A DNA stretch of 64,000 bases from the NCBI GenBank assembly GCA_950097015.1, contig CATNEN010000024.1, positions 2,108,001 through 2,172,000 on the forward strand, read 5' to 3'. Source of the DNA: Macrostomum hystrix. Its lineage: Eukaryota > Animalia > Platyhelminthes. The first letter of the stretch is position 1. Each line of letters starts with the position of its first letter. A program made the translations under genes and the position numbers. The notes under the pieces were generated by a model. That model was not told where the DNA came from. It saw nothing but the letters and a program-made list of their open reading frames with translations, and did not search any database. This document shows positions 23,379 through 36,588 of the stretch, in pieces.

Positions 23379-26300
23379 ATGTCCGATCCCCCGCCGGAGG
23401 ACGAGCCCGGCGTCGCAGCCTGCTGCGGCCGTCACAGCCTGGACGCCGGCAACGCGTCCATGTCCGCCTGCGACATCCCCAGCCGCAGCGGGGCGAACAT
23501 CGGCCCGACCCTCAGCCTCTTCCTGCTCGGCGTCGCTGGCAACCTGCTGGCCCTGCTGGTGCTGCTCCGGCGGCGCAGGCTGGTAAAGTCCACTCGAACC
23601 AGCCTGTTCTACAGCCTGCTCACTGTGCTCATCGCTGCCGACCTGATGGCCCAGCTGCTCACCTCCAGCGCGCCGCTCGCCGTCTACGCCAGAGGCAGCT
23701 TCAACGCCACCACAAAGCAGCTGCGCCTGACTTGGAACGGCGGCAGTGTCGCCTGTCAAGCTCACGCGGTTGTCATGACAACGGTGTCGCTAGGCGAGCC
23801 GCTGCTGGTCCTGTGCATGTCAGTTGAGCGGCTGCTCTGCTTGGCCAATAAGCGGAGGAGGCGCCGGATCTCCCGCTGGCTGGTGGCTCTGCTGGCAGCT
23901 GCACTACTTGTCGCCTGCCTACCATTGGCCGGCCTTGGCTCCTACCGCCTGCAGTACCCGGCAACCTGGTGCTTCGTGGACTCTCACTCCAGCCGGCTGG
24001 CAGATCGAATATTCGCAGCCGGCCTGGCGCTGTGGAACCTGGCCGTCATCCTGCTGATTGTCGCCTGCAATCTGTGGGTGATTATCCGCCTGCTATCCGT
24101 CTGGCGAGTCCGCAAGGCCATGCTGGCAGGAACTCGGCCATCGGGCACAGCCGCTGCCATGCCAACCGATGCCAAGCTATCAGGCGGCGGTGGAGCCAGG
24201 CCCAGGTACATGCGAGCCATGGAGGTGCAGCTCGTGGTTATCCTCATCGCCATCACGGCCTCCTTCGCTCTGTGCTGGTCGCCGCTAATGGTGAGACACA
24301 CAATACCTCCGAGGCTGGGTGTCATGGCTCGGCAAGCTTTAAATGATCTTGAACGCTCGCCGACAGGTTCTGACGTTCTTGGATCTCTTACCAAAGTTTG
24401 TGGCCGAGTTCTTGGATCCAGAAGTCTTTCAGTGACGTAACTCATACCACCCTTTCGCACCCACCACCTCGTAGCACCCACTACTCAGTTGCACCCACCA
24501 CCCCGTAGCAACCACCACCCCGTAGCACCCACCACCCCGTAGCACCCACCACCCCGTAGCACCCACCACCCCATAGCACCCACCACCCCGTAGCACCCAC
24601 CACCCCGTAGCACCCACCAAACCGTAGCACCCACCAAACCGTAGCACCCACCACCCCGTAGCACCCACCAAACCGTAGCACCCACCACCCCGTAGCACCC
24701 ACCAAACCGTAGCACCCACCACCCCGTAGCACCCACCAAACCGTAGCACCCACCAAACCGTAGCACCCACCACCCCGTGGCACCCACCACCCCGTAGCAC
24801 CCACCACCCCGTAGCACCCACCAAACCGTAGCACCCACCAAACCGTAGCACCCACCAAACCGTAGCACCCACCAAAAGTAGCACCCACCACCCCTTTCAT
24901 TGCTTGAGCAAAAAAATTTTTCTCCCCGTAGTAGCCATGGAAGTTCTTGAATCATGGAACACTCCGAAGTTTTGTATTTTCGCAGACCTGCAGAATTTCT
25001 TAAGCGCTAGCTTTGGCTTGAGGGTACATTACATTTTCCTACTCGTTATAGCTACTCTACTGAGATTTTCTAGCACGACTTTGGTAGCAGGAGCATCGAG
25101 TAATTAAATTTTTCGGGTAGCGGAACAGCTGAGTGCACACTCGGGCAGAGCTTCAAACTGAATGATGGAAAATAGAGAGACGGAGATCACGCAATCGCAA
25201 GCTTTTGTTTCGTTGGCTGGCCGACTGGCAGAGCCAGGAAATGCATCTGCCCTCCCTTCTATGAGCGTACATGCTGTGATGTGAACTTTATGGCATTTGA
25301 AAAGTGCTCCAAGTCAGTTTGCCGACATTCTTTGATTCACCCAGGTTTTCAATTCGACGCAATACCATCTTCAGTTTGTCATTTTCAACGCTTTTCAGCA
25401 TTTACCATAGACAAAACCACTACTGCAAGTCATAGAAACATAGAAAGCATGGAATAATCCAGTAATTAGTGTTTTTTAACTAATTTAAAAAAAAGTTTTT
25501 TGACCCAGCAATAAAAGTTAGTTCTCTAACTTCGGTGGAAAGCTTGGAACAGGTTAAAATTATTTTGTGATTTACAAAGCGATTTTATTTGACAAAGGCA
25601 AGGTGCGACAACAGCTTTGGCTATAAAGTATATAATGTAAATATAGGTATACTTGGGATACTTGTGAATTCTACAGCCATGTGGCTAATATTTCTGGCAA
25701 TCGATACTGCTTTTAGAACGGGCTGGTTTTTCGTTTTCGGTAATAATTTATACCCCAAATGGCACTCGATACCGAATGTTTATTCTGCGGTTTGACAGTC
25801 AGGACTGTATCTAGAGCAAATAGCAGCTATGAGCTAACAGACTGCTTTGATTCTGCCTGATATTGAATTTTCACAATAATTGCTCTCATTGAAAAGCTAA
25901 TGCAATAAAAACAGTGCGTACTGTGATACATAGACACTCTCCTTTATGTCCTCCTTGCTACCCGTTATTTTTACCTTTCGCTAGAATTATTTCAGCACTC
26001 TCTAATTTCGATATCGTCGCTGCAACGGCCCTGTCTAACAGGTCTAGTCACTGTCTAACAGGTCTAGTCACTGTCTAACAGGTCTAGTCACTGTCTAACA
26101 GGTCTAGTCACTGTCTAACAGGTCTAGTCACTGTCTAACAGGTCTAGTCACTGTCTAGCAGGTCTAGTCACTGTCTAACAGGTCTAGTCACTGTCTAGCA
26201 GGTCTAGTCACTGTCTAACAGGTCTAGTCACTGTCTAGCAGGTCTAGTCACTGTCTAACAGGTCTAGTCACTGTCTAACAGGTCTAGTCACTGTCTAACA

Positions 26301-28472
26301 GGTCTAGTCACTGTCTAACAGGTCTAGTCACTGTCTAACAGGTCTAGTCACTGTCTTACAGGTCTAGTCACTGTCTTACAGGTCTAGTCACTGTCTAACA
26401 GGTCTAGTCACTGTCTAACAGGTCTAGTCACTGTCTTACAGGTCTAGTCACTGTCTAACAGGTCTAGTCACTGTCTAACAGGTCTAGTCACTGTCTTACA
26501 GGTCTAGTCACTGTCTAACAGGTCTAGTCACTGTCTAACAGGTCTAGTCACTGTCTAACAGGTCTAGTCACTGTCTAGCAGGTCTAGTCACTGTCTAACA
26601 GGTCTAGTCACTGTCTAGCAGGTCTAGTCACTGTCTAACAGGTCTAGTCACTGTCTAGCAGGTCTAGTCACTGTCTAACAGGTCTAGTCACTGTCTAACA
26701 GATCTAGTCACTGTCTAACAGGTCTAGTCACTGTCTAACAGGTCTAGTCACTGTCTAACAGGTCTAGTCACTGTCTAACAGGTCTAGTCACTGTCTAACA
26801 GGTCTAGTCACTGTCTTACAGGTCTAGTCACTGTCTAACAGGTCTAGTCACTGTCTAACAGGTCTAGTCACTGTCTAACAGGTCTAGTCACTGTCTAGCA
26901 GGTCTAGTCACTGTCTAACAGGTCTAGTCACTGTCTAACAGGTCTAGTCACTGTCTAACAGGTCTAGTCACTGTCTAACAGGTCTAGTCACTGTCTAGCA
27001 GGTCTAGTCACTGTCTAACAGGTCTAGTCACTGTCTAGCAGGTCTAGTCACTGTCTAACAGGTCTAGTCACTGTCTAGCAGGTCTAGTCACTGTCTAACA
27101 GGTCTAGTCACTGTCTAACAGGTCTAGTCACTGTCTAACAGGTCTAGTCACTGTCTAACAGGTCTAGTCACTGTCTAACAGGTCTAGTCACTGTCTTACA
27201 GGTCTAGTCACTGTCTTACAGGTCTAGTCACTGTCTAACAGGTCTAGTCACTGTCTAACAGGTCTAGTCACTGTCTTACAGGTCTAGTCACTGTCTAACA
27301 GGTCTAGTCACTGTCTAACAGGTCTAGTCACTGTCTTACAGGTCTAGTCACTGTCTAACAGGTCTAGTCACTGTCTAACAGGTCTAGTCACTGTCTAACA
27401 GGTCTAGTCACTGTCTAGCAGGTCTAGTCACTGTCTAACAGGTCTAGTCACTGTCTAGCAGGTCTAGTCACTGTCTAACAGGTCTAGTCACTGTCTAGCA
27501 GGTCTAGTCACTGTCTAACAGGTCTAGTCACTGTCTAACAGGTCTAGTCACTGTCTAACAGGTCTAGTCACTGTCTAGCAGGTCTAGTCACTGTCTAACA
27601 GGTCTAGTCACTGTCTAACAGGTCTAGTCACTGTCTAACAGGTCTAGTCACTGTCTAGCAGGTCTAGTCACTGTCTAACAGGTCTAGTCACTGTCTAACT
27701 TGCTGTATTTGCGTGACTGTTGACTCAACTAAGCAACTAAGTTCTGCCAGTCATGATAATTTCGAACAGCACATGAACTTTAGTGAAAAAAACGTCGCTA
27801 CTGCTGATTAAAGTAGTATGCGCTGCTACTATTTTAACAGTAGGATAACCAAACCGTTTTGCCGCCCGTTGTTATACCAAGAGGGGAATTCTCCCCCACT
27901 GACAATAATTTTTGCTGCACCCGAACTGAGCAACGCCAGGCACACGATACTCGAGAACACGGGCCAGCTTTTTGTTGCTAGAAACTAGAAATAAACTAAA
28001 TTATCTAGAAAACCCATTCCTAACTGCACCTCAGATCCGCCTGGTGCTCAACTCAATCGCCTCAGCCTCCGACTGCGCTCGAGACCTGTCGGCTGTGCAC
28101 TTGGCCAGCATCAATCAGATCCTGGATCCCTGGCTCTACATCCTGTTGCGCAAGTCCAACTTCCAGCGTCTCTGGCGCCTTCTGAGCGGCCTTCGCTGCG
28201 GCGCACGGACATCGTCGATCATGTTGGCTGGTTGTCACGGCAACGATTGGAGGCAACGACGAAGGCCGCCGTCTGCCCTGCTTCTGCGTCGCTGCTGCGG
28301 CCATAGGCTTCTCCTGCTGGACGGTGACCAACCGCTGCCGATTCGACCGCTGCAGCAGCAGCAGCGGCAGCGAGTGCGGAGTCACAGTGCGCCAGAATTT
28401 CGGAGTTCGCCCCGTTGCACCGGCGCCAACAATCATTGGTCGGCTGAGATTTGCGGCAAAGCCATCCTCTAG
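23379..28472 (+). CDS. Prostanoid (EP4-like) receptor-like class A GPCR, 449 aa
   Basis: Exons 23379-24290 and 28035-28472 (GTGAGA donor, CTCAG acceptor, phase 0). TM1 GVAGNLLAL, TM3 MSVERLL, ECL2 GSYRLQYPATWCF (prostanoid GxYxxQxPxTWCF motif), TM6 CWSPLM|IR, TM7 LASINQILDPWLYILLRK. Confidence 0.9.
24443..24895. repeat. 17-bp minisatellite (CCCCGTAGCACCCACCA)n in the GPCR intron
   Basis: Direct inspection; 14/17 identical to the 21043 unit. Confidence 0.95.
26037..27698. repeat. 20-bp minisatellite (CTGTCTAACAGGTCTAGTCA)n, ~83 units, in the GPCR intron
   Basis: Direct inspection; TAACA/TAGCA/TTACA variants. Confidence 0.98.
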
Positions 28473-28909
28473 AGAGCATCCATGCTGCTTCCCATTTGCT
28501 GAACATTCTAAACTACGTACTCTATCTTCCGTCGAAACTCCAAGGACTACTAGAGCTGAAGAACGGGAAAATAGTTTCTTAGAAAAAGTTTAGTAGGTTA
28601 GTTTTCGCCTCAGAAAATACACTACGCAGATGGAGAACTAACACTTTTTATATTTAAATGGTGACGATCCTTTTTTAACAGAAGCAGATCCCAAGCTCTT
28701 CTTTTGATTTACCTTACCTTACTTACCTCATTGTCGAAATTTCCACTAAATCAGAGTACTTACACTGTACTAGTTAAATAATAGCGGGTGTGAAGCAAGT
28801 ACAACATTAAATGACAAATCTATAGAAGAACATTGTGATGCGACTCGAGTCGAGGCTTGAGGGCGCTGGTAATCAACCGCAATCCGATATTTTATCCGAC
28901 ACTAACAGA

Positions 28910-29284
28910 TGACACAACTGTCTAACAGGTGACACAACTGTCTAACAGGTGACACAACTGTCTAACAGGTGACACAACTGTCTAACAGGTGACACAACTG
29001 TCTAACAGGTGACACAACTGTCTAACAGGTGACACAACTGTCTAACAGGTGACACAACTGTCTAACAGGTGACACAACTGTCTAACAGGTGACACAACTG
29101 TCTAACAGGTGACACAACTGTCTAACAGGTGACACAACTGTCTAACAGGTGACACAACTGTCTAACAGGTGACACAACTGTCTAACAGGTGACACAACTG
29201 TCTAACAGGTGACACAACTGTCTAACAGGTGACACAACTGTCTAACAGGTGACAAAACTGTCTAACAGGTGACACAACTGTCTA
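28910..29284. repeat. 20-bp minisatellite (CTGTCTAACAGGTGACACAA)n, ~18 units
   Basis: Direct inspection; first 13 bp identical to the 26037 unit. Confidence 0.97.
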
Positions 29285-30094
29285 AAATGTGACTGATAAA
29301 ATCTTGGAGCTTTGTTACGTAAAAATGCAAGTTGAGGGGCAATCCTGATGGGACAGTTAGAGTATACACTGCCTGACAAAAAACATAACTAATTGCAACT
29401 GTGTGCAAGTGTGCTCCCATGAGTCCGCCAAATGGGCAGAATTGCCTTTTCACCGGGTCGATTGTTGCCGAATTATGTACCAATGCTACAGCCTTCCGGC
29501 AAATACTATGATCGTTATCAGCTCATCCTGAGAGAACTCCAATCTCCAATCTCACCACTTTCTTGGAACTTCCCTCAGAACTTCCTGGAAGCCCAGTTCC
29601 CTCAGAACTAATTTCCATATTAGGAAGTATATTAGGAACTATATTGCCCGCATGAGCCGCGGATTTACACCTCCAATCGACTGTAGATTATTAAATCGAT
29701 AATTGATCGAAACACTCCACCAAGCAGAAGTCCAAGAGGAACGGAGTGGTGAACAATGGAGGTGAAAATGCTCACAATCGTTGTGTGTGCAAAGATCTCT
29801 TTGGAGATATAAAAGCGAATTTATCAAACTGCATGCATGATTTCCACCGATTTTTGCAATCTCTACTCAAGCAAGCAGAGCGTGCTGTTGTTACAAAATC
29901 GAAAGCAATCACTGCACACTGGCTTCCATTCAAGCGAGAATTTAGTTACCTACTCAAGCGTGACGTCTGATAACAGGAATAAAATGCCTACAAGCAACTC
30001 GATCGAATAAATGCGCATTCGCTATTTTAACAGGCGGGGCTCATTGACAACCGGTTGTTGTGACTCTGCTTTTACTCAAAGCTACATTCAAGAA

Positions 30095-32509
30095 ATGACG
30101 CCACTAGGTGCCATTGCCCTACTGGCCCTGCTGCCATGCGGTGAGTTTCTAATTATTTGATGCTCTTTAATGTGACAGCCGCCATGCTGATCCGTCACTG
30201 CCTGCATTCCAGCACTGGCTCTGTACGGCCCGCTGGAGCACAAAATTGGCCTCTCGGACAACGCCAAGCTCTACATCATGTGTGAGCACAACCGCCTCCG
30301 AGCCCAGGTTGCCAAGGGTCAGATCACTCAGTACAAGCAGCAGCCTAAGGCTGCCAACATGCAGGCTCTGGTGAGTGCAGCGCGCGATTTCCTTTGATGT
30401 GCCGCCAATCCGATTCTTTGATGTGCCGCCAAACCCGATTCTTTGATGTGCCACCAGACCCGATTCTTTGATGTGCCACCAGACCCGATTCTTTGATGTG
30501 CCGCCAAACCGGATTCTTTGATGTGCCGCCAGACCTGATACTTTGATGGGACATCAGACCCGATTCTTTGATGTGCCGCCAAACCCGATTCTTTGATGTG
30601 CCACCAGACCCGATTCTTTGATGTGCCGCCAAACCCGATTCTTTGATGTGCCGCCAAACCCGATTCTTTGATGTGCCACCAGACCCGATTCTTTGATGTG
30701 CCGCCAAACCCGATTCTTTGATGTGCCGCCAGACCTGATACTTTGATGGGACATCAGACCCGATTCTTTGATGTGCCGCCAAACCCGATTCTTTGATGTG
30801 CCACCAGACCCGATTCTTTGATGTGCCGCCAAACCCGGTTCTTTGATGTGCCGCCAAACCCGATTCTTTGATGTGCCGCCAGACCCGATTCTTTGATGTG
30901 CCGCCAGACCTGATACTTTGATGGGACATCAGACCCGATTCTTTGATGTGCCGCCAAACCAGATTCTTTGATGTGCCGCCAGACCCGATTCTTTGATGTG
31001 CCGCCAGACCTGATACTTTGATGGGACATCAGACCCGATTCTTTGATGTGCCGCCAGACCTGATACTTTGATGGGACATCAGACCCGATTCTTTGATGTG
31101 CCGCCAGACCTGATACTTTGATGGGACATCAGACCCGATTCTTTGATGTGCCGCCAGACCTGATACTTTGATGGGACATCAGACCCGATTCTTTGATGTG
31201 CCGCCAGACCTGATACTTTGATGGGACATCAGACCCGATTCTTTGATGTGCCACCAGACCCGATTCTTTCATGTGCCGCCAAACCCGATTTTTTAATATC
31301 TATTTAATTATGTGATGTAATGTACGAGCAGCTCTGGTTTAATTTTGATTGCCACCAAACATCTGCGCAGTGCTGGTGCGAGGAGCTGGTTGCCAAGGCC
31401 CAGGAGCACGCCAGCAACTGCAGCGGCCCGCCGCACGACAACCGAGCCGGACGAAAGACGGCCAACTTCCCAGACGTTGGGCAGAGCCTCATGAATACGA
31501 TGCGGTCGACGCCAATCGATGAGTAAGTTATTGTACAGTCAGACAGTATGCCAGTAATATCCTTTTCAGCGTGTTACTGATTGGAATTGGCTTTAACAGA
31601 GCCATGCAGGCTTTCTTTGAGGAATGCAACGGTTACGACTTCGATACCAACTTCTGCGACACGGCTAAGGCCGGCAGGGCCAAAGTGTGCGGCCACTACA
31701 CTGCCCTGGTGTGGGCCAGCACACAGTGCCTCGGCTGCGCCTACGACCAGTGCACGGACAAGCCCAACGGTCGCCTGGTATGCAACTACGGTCCTGGCGG
31801 AAATATCGAAGGTCAAAAGCCATACGTTGCCGGCGAGCCCTGCACAAGGTGCAACGACGGCCAGATGTGCCTGGACAATGGGCTGTGCAGTGACAAAATA
31901 TTGTGCACAAGCGATCGCTGCTCTGTGCCTCCCAGCACCAGTGCCAGTACCAGCGAGTGCATGGACATAAACACCGCGTGCCCCACCTTCCGCGAGCATC
32001 CGAGCATCCGAGCCTGTTCTCCGGACTCCCCCTACCTGCTGTGGGCCCAGCAGAACTGCAAGGCCACATGCGGCTGGTGCGGCGGTGTCAACGCTGGAAA
32101 GGTCTGCGCCAAATCGTTGAACGTTAGCAGCGACCTGTGCACGAAGCTGACGACCATTAACCGTAAGTTGACTGCTGTCAAAATTGGAGCTAGCTTCAGG
32201 TTGCTAAAGCATCGTTCTCGCTAGAGCTTTGAACTTTTTGACCGTCTCGCTCCACACAACACAGGGAAGGAGTGCAAGGATGGTAACGGCCTGAACTACG
32301 CTGGAACAAGGAGTACAACAAGGAGCGGCCTCAACTGCATCAACTGGAACACAAACGATGCCAGGACGAATTACTACAACGACTTCGAGTTCCCAGACCG
32401 CAACAAGAACGACGCGAAGAACTTCTGCCGCAACCCGGCCTCGTCTGGCACCGGGCCCTGGTGCTACACGGCCACGAGCTGGGAGTATTGTGACATTCCC
32501 AACTGTTGA
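30095..32509 (+). CDS. Secreted CAP (SCP/CRISP) + ShKT + Kringle protein, 387 aa
   Basis: Exons 30095-30140, 30213-30370, 31371-31522, 31600-32162, 32265-32509 (all GT-AG, frame continuous). Signal peptide MTPLGAIALLALLPCALA. CAP motifs HNRLRAQVA, QPKAANMQAL, CGHYTALVWAST..LGCA, LVCNYGPGGN. ShKT CMDINTAC...AQQNCKATCGWC. Kringle CKDGNGLNYAGTRSTTRSGLNCINW...NFCRNP...GPWCYT...WEYCDIPNC. Confidence 0.92.
30391..31290. repeat. 25-bp minisatellite (GATTCTTTGATGTGCCGCCAAACCC)n, partly organised as a 50-bp dimer, in CAP gene intron 2
   Basis: Direct inspection; 50-bp period visible at ~31020-31250. Confidence 0.96.
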
Positions 32510-33526
32510 GCGACAATACTATGAACTAACTCTGCGATAACCGCCACAGCTGTTTAGCTTTGCCTACAAATATAAGCAGCCTAAGAACTCACTCATGAGA
32601 CGGTTGATTTGCTAACATTATATCGGCTATGATTTAGAGTGCTTCTGAACTTGCAGTTTAGGGCACATGTTGTGATGACAATAAATGTCAACTAACAAGT
32701 GATGATAAGCTCTTGACAATAGGTGTGCTCTAGTAGACAGAGCGAGGTAGAATAAGTGGGCTCCCAGTCTGAGTCTCCTTCTGATTAGTGAGAATCATTT
32801 GCTAACGGAAATTTTTTAACACTAGCTCATACAACGGTAGAAAAACCACGGAGTTCAAATGCCCACATTTATCCTTTTCTGTATCTCTCAAAATATACAC
32901 ATCAAAAGGCTGAACACGGGCTACAATTTTCCACTCTAACCGATGAAACAACTTCCCGAATCACAAAACATGGCCATCGTCGAGATCGTCGAGCAAAAGC
33001 CACCAATGTGGGCATAATTTTTCTGCTCAAAAAAATACATCATGTAACTCAAGATGTCTCAAAGTATGTACGACCATACGAGTATTGGTGCTGGAAATCA
33101 CAAAATATGATTTCGTTGGCTCGATAATGACATGCAGTATAGGGAAAAAAATTATATGATTTAAATTCTAATGCGTCAAGCTGAAAAATGGTGAGCGTTC
33201 ATGTACGAGCGTATATACAAAACAATGAATTTGAACTGTTTGGAAGTGCAAAAAAAACAGTTATAATTTTTTACGAGTACATCTTCGGCCAAAGGATCCT
33301 TCAGCAAGTGGGGGCGCCAATGTGAAAAAATGGTATGCGTGAAATGGCTTGACAAATACTCCTTAGAAAGTGCACGAAAGATGCCACTTGTGTCAGTTGA
33401 TTGAAAAAGCCTCTATCCTCGGTCATCACAAATTGCCTCTCTTTCCGCTGTAAAAATTATATTTACAAGTATCAGTTCAGCATTAGCAGCGGAAGTTGCC
33501 CACAAGTGCTCAGTTCTACCGCTGTT

Positions 33527-36500
33527 CTACCGGCTGTCTCTCGCGAAGTCCACTCCAATGGTTTTGGCCAGACGAACCGCTTTCAAGCGCTGCGTGAACC
33601 GGCCGCACAGCAGCAGCGACTCCTCCAGACTGCGGCCCGCGTACTGGCACAGCTCCGTGTTCAGGAATCGCCAGCCACACATGGGACGGTCGATCAATCT
33701 CACTTCAGCGCCTGAACATGGGGTGGGTGTAAGGGGCGAGACGATTCGTACTTTCTGACTTTCTCCGCACTCTCCGACTGTCCTTCCTCCCCATCTGACT
33801 CTCCTTCCCCCCTATCTGAATCTCCTTCCTCCCCATCAGACTATCCTTCCTCCCCTTCTGACTCTCCTTCCTCCCCATCTGACCCTCCTTCCTCCCATCT
33901 GCCTCTCCTTCCTCCCCTTCTGACTCTCCTTCCTCCCCTTCTGACTCTCCTTCCTCCCCATCTGACTCTCCTTCCTGCCCATCTGAATCTCCTTCCTCCC
34001 CATCAGACTATCCTTCCTCCCCTTCTGACTCTCCTTCCTCCCCATCTGACCCTCCTTCCTGCCCATCTGACTCTCCTTCCTCCCATCTGCCTCTCCTTCC
34101 TCCCCTTCTGACTCTCCTTCCTCCCCATCTGACTCTCCTTCCTGCCCATCTGACTCTCCTTCCTCCCCATCTGACTCTCCTTCCTCCCCATCTGACTCTC
34201 CTTCCTGCCCATCTGACTCTCCTTCCTCCCATCTGCCTCTCCTTCCTCCCCTTCTGACTCTCCTTCCTCCCATCTGCCTCTCCTTCCTCCCCTTCTGACT
34301 CTCCTTCCTCCCCATCTGACTCTCCTTCCTGCCCATCTGACTCTCCTTCCTCCCATCTGCCTCTCCTTCCTCCCCTTCTGACTCTCCTTCCTTCCCATCT
34401 GACTCTCCTTCCTCCCATTCTGACTCTCCTTCCTCTCATCTGACTCTCCTTCCTCCCCATCTGACTCTCCTTCCTCTCATCTGACTCTTCTTAATCCCAT
34501 CTGACTCTCTTTCCTCCCATCTGACTCTCCTTCCTCCCCTCCCCATCTGACTCTCCTTCCTCCCCATCTGACTTTAGAGATTGCAGTGTTTACTGAAAAT
34601 ATGCAGTCCCTGGCCTAGTGTATACGGTTAATCAGTTTTTGCATTCCTTTAGTCAAATTAGCACTAGTCTAACATTATCTCTACCTTCAGTGACTCATAG
34701 TAATTATATGCACGGAGCGTAACTTCGTGCTTATCCTATGCAAATAAAAAGAAAGAGAACCGGCTAAAAATAGACCTTTCGAGTCTCAGTTTAGCAGAAA
34801 AAATAAACTGTATGCGCAGTCTACCTAGTTGGCAGCCATTAACAAAAATGCGAAGCTCTAATTCGAGATTTACAGGTTGCCAGACGAATGCTGTACATTG
34901 TTAAAGGTGGAACTTTGCAGTTCAGGGCACTGAAGGAGGATGGGTTGGCACCCGGCCATGGCTTGAGATTCGCTTGAATTGTATTTTAATGTGCACAAGT
35001 AATGCGTGGGCGTTCTGCGAGAAGTGTGCTTTGCGGTACTAGGTACGTGTTGCGGCATAGAGACAACTTACACTAAATACAAGCTGCCGTGTACAGTAGA
35101 AGTAAATGTATACTCTACCTAAGTGAAAAACAGGGATGTTGTGAGATGGTAATGTGTAGAAAAATAACAAAAATGCCTTGCATTGTTATTGTAACAACTG
35201 GCCGTGAGAACTGAGTCTATTTAAATAATTTCACTGTGATCCGCGCTGAAAAAAATACAGCTAGCCTGAGCTCATCTATGCCGAAAACGTCCTGTTTATA
35301 ATGCCAAGATTAGATGGCTATCGAGATTTTATCACCGCCTAGCCAGACAGCTTGTCTACTGCGAAAACTAGCTTTCCAATGAGATCTCCGAAATACCATT
35401 TATGAGCAGTCAGACTACTCTAAAATATGTTGTTTCGTCCAATACAATGCTACCTACAGCTCACTCGTTAAAACAGGCAGACAAACAAGCTTCAGCTGAA
35501 GCATAGAGAATTTATTTAGAATTCTAAATGAAACTAAAACTTCGAAAAGCTAATTAAATGAAACCGAAGTTCCAAAAAGTTTAGAACATTGTATGAGCTC
35601 GATTAACGAAATTTAACTATCTTCGACTTGAAGAAAAGAATAGGAAAAACTGAAACCTAAGAATCCTAAGTGATGCCCAGATCTGTATAAACTTCTGTAC
35701 AATTGCTAGTCGAGCCAGAGCTAGCGAGTATATTACCTTCACTCCGACAGATCTTGCGCAGCAGTGTGCAGAAGATTTCATCTGAAGGCAACAGGGCCGC
35801 CTCTGCCAGGGCTGCAAACGAGGACTCGCTGTTGCCGTCTGGCCTAAACAGGCAGCAGGTTTCGACAGCCGCAACGTCCTGTCGATGCACCAACACAGCT
35901 AGGGCAGTTTGGCCTTCAGTGTTTGGCATGTTGATGTTGGTGTATGGCAGGTCTACCAAAGTGTCGGTTTTCATCTGGCTGATGTGAGCGCTGATCACTG
36001 TGGCCCCACTATCAGGTGCTGAAGCCAATTCAGGATATGAACTAAGCCTGCGGGTTTGGAGTTCGGCTTGAAACTCCGATACAGGGAAAATTCATACACG
36101 CAATCAACTAAAATATTCTCGATTGAATGTTTGCATCTTACTCAATCGTGACATCTGGTATCGCAACTGGCTGGGGTGTGTCTGCGTCTGAAATTGTTAT
36201 TATACAATTTTTTAATGCATAATGCTAGAGGTGAAAATAGTCTGGCAGCATAAAAAACTTAAAATTTGTTCGCGGACCACTAACCATCATTATCCATTAC
36301 ATTTAGCATCGGTAGGATGGACGGAATCGATGGAGCACAATCATTCTGCCACAACATATATTCTTCGGCAAAGACTTTCTCAATAAAGATTCTGTCCGAC
36401 GGAATCGGTGAGACGCCGTACTCCTCGTGCAATTCAGTCAGAATTTCCACCGCCTTTTGATCCTCGGCTGAGCCGTGCTGATTTAAGGTCATTATTTTTT

Positions 36501-36588
36501 TCGCATCGATCTCCATGGCAGTCGAACTATCATCCGATCGGTCATGTTCCGAGTGAGAGGTTGAAGCTAATTCCGTTGCAGCTGGCAT
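33527..36588 (-). CDS. Hypothetical 256-aa protein with one ankyrin-like repeat (3 exons)
   Basis: AAAAAAA-ATG at 36588. Candidate exons 36588-36285, 36018-35737, 33711-33527 with GTTAGT and GTAATA donors and CAG acceptors, all phase 1, frame continuous. NINMPNTEGQTALAVLVHRQDVAAVETC resembles an ankyrin repeat. Confidence 0.5.
33766..34572. repeat. Pyrimidine-rich ~21-bp minisatellite (CATCTGACTCTCCTTCCTCCC)n
   Basis: Direct inspection; lies in the last intron of the 33527-36588 model. Confidence 0.95.

Noticed and set aside
26037-27698. CRISPR-like appearance of the regular arrays
   Set aside because: Units are head-to-tail with no unique spacers, there are no cas genes, and the context is eukaryotic.
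33836-34460. Arg/Gly/Glu-rich protamine-like ORFs
   Set aside because: Antisense translation of the pyrimidine-rich 21-bp array.
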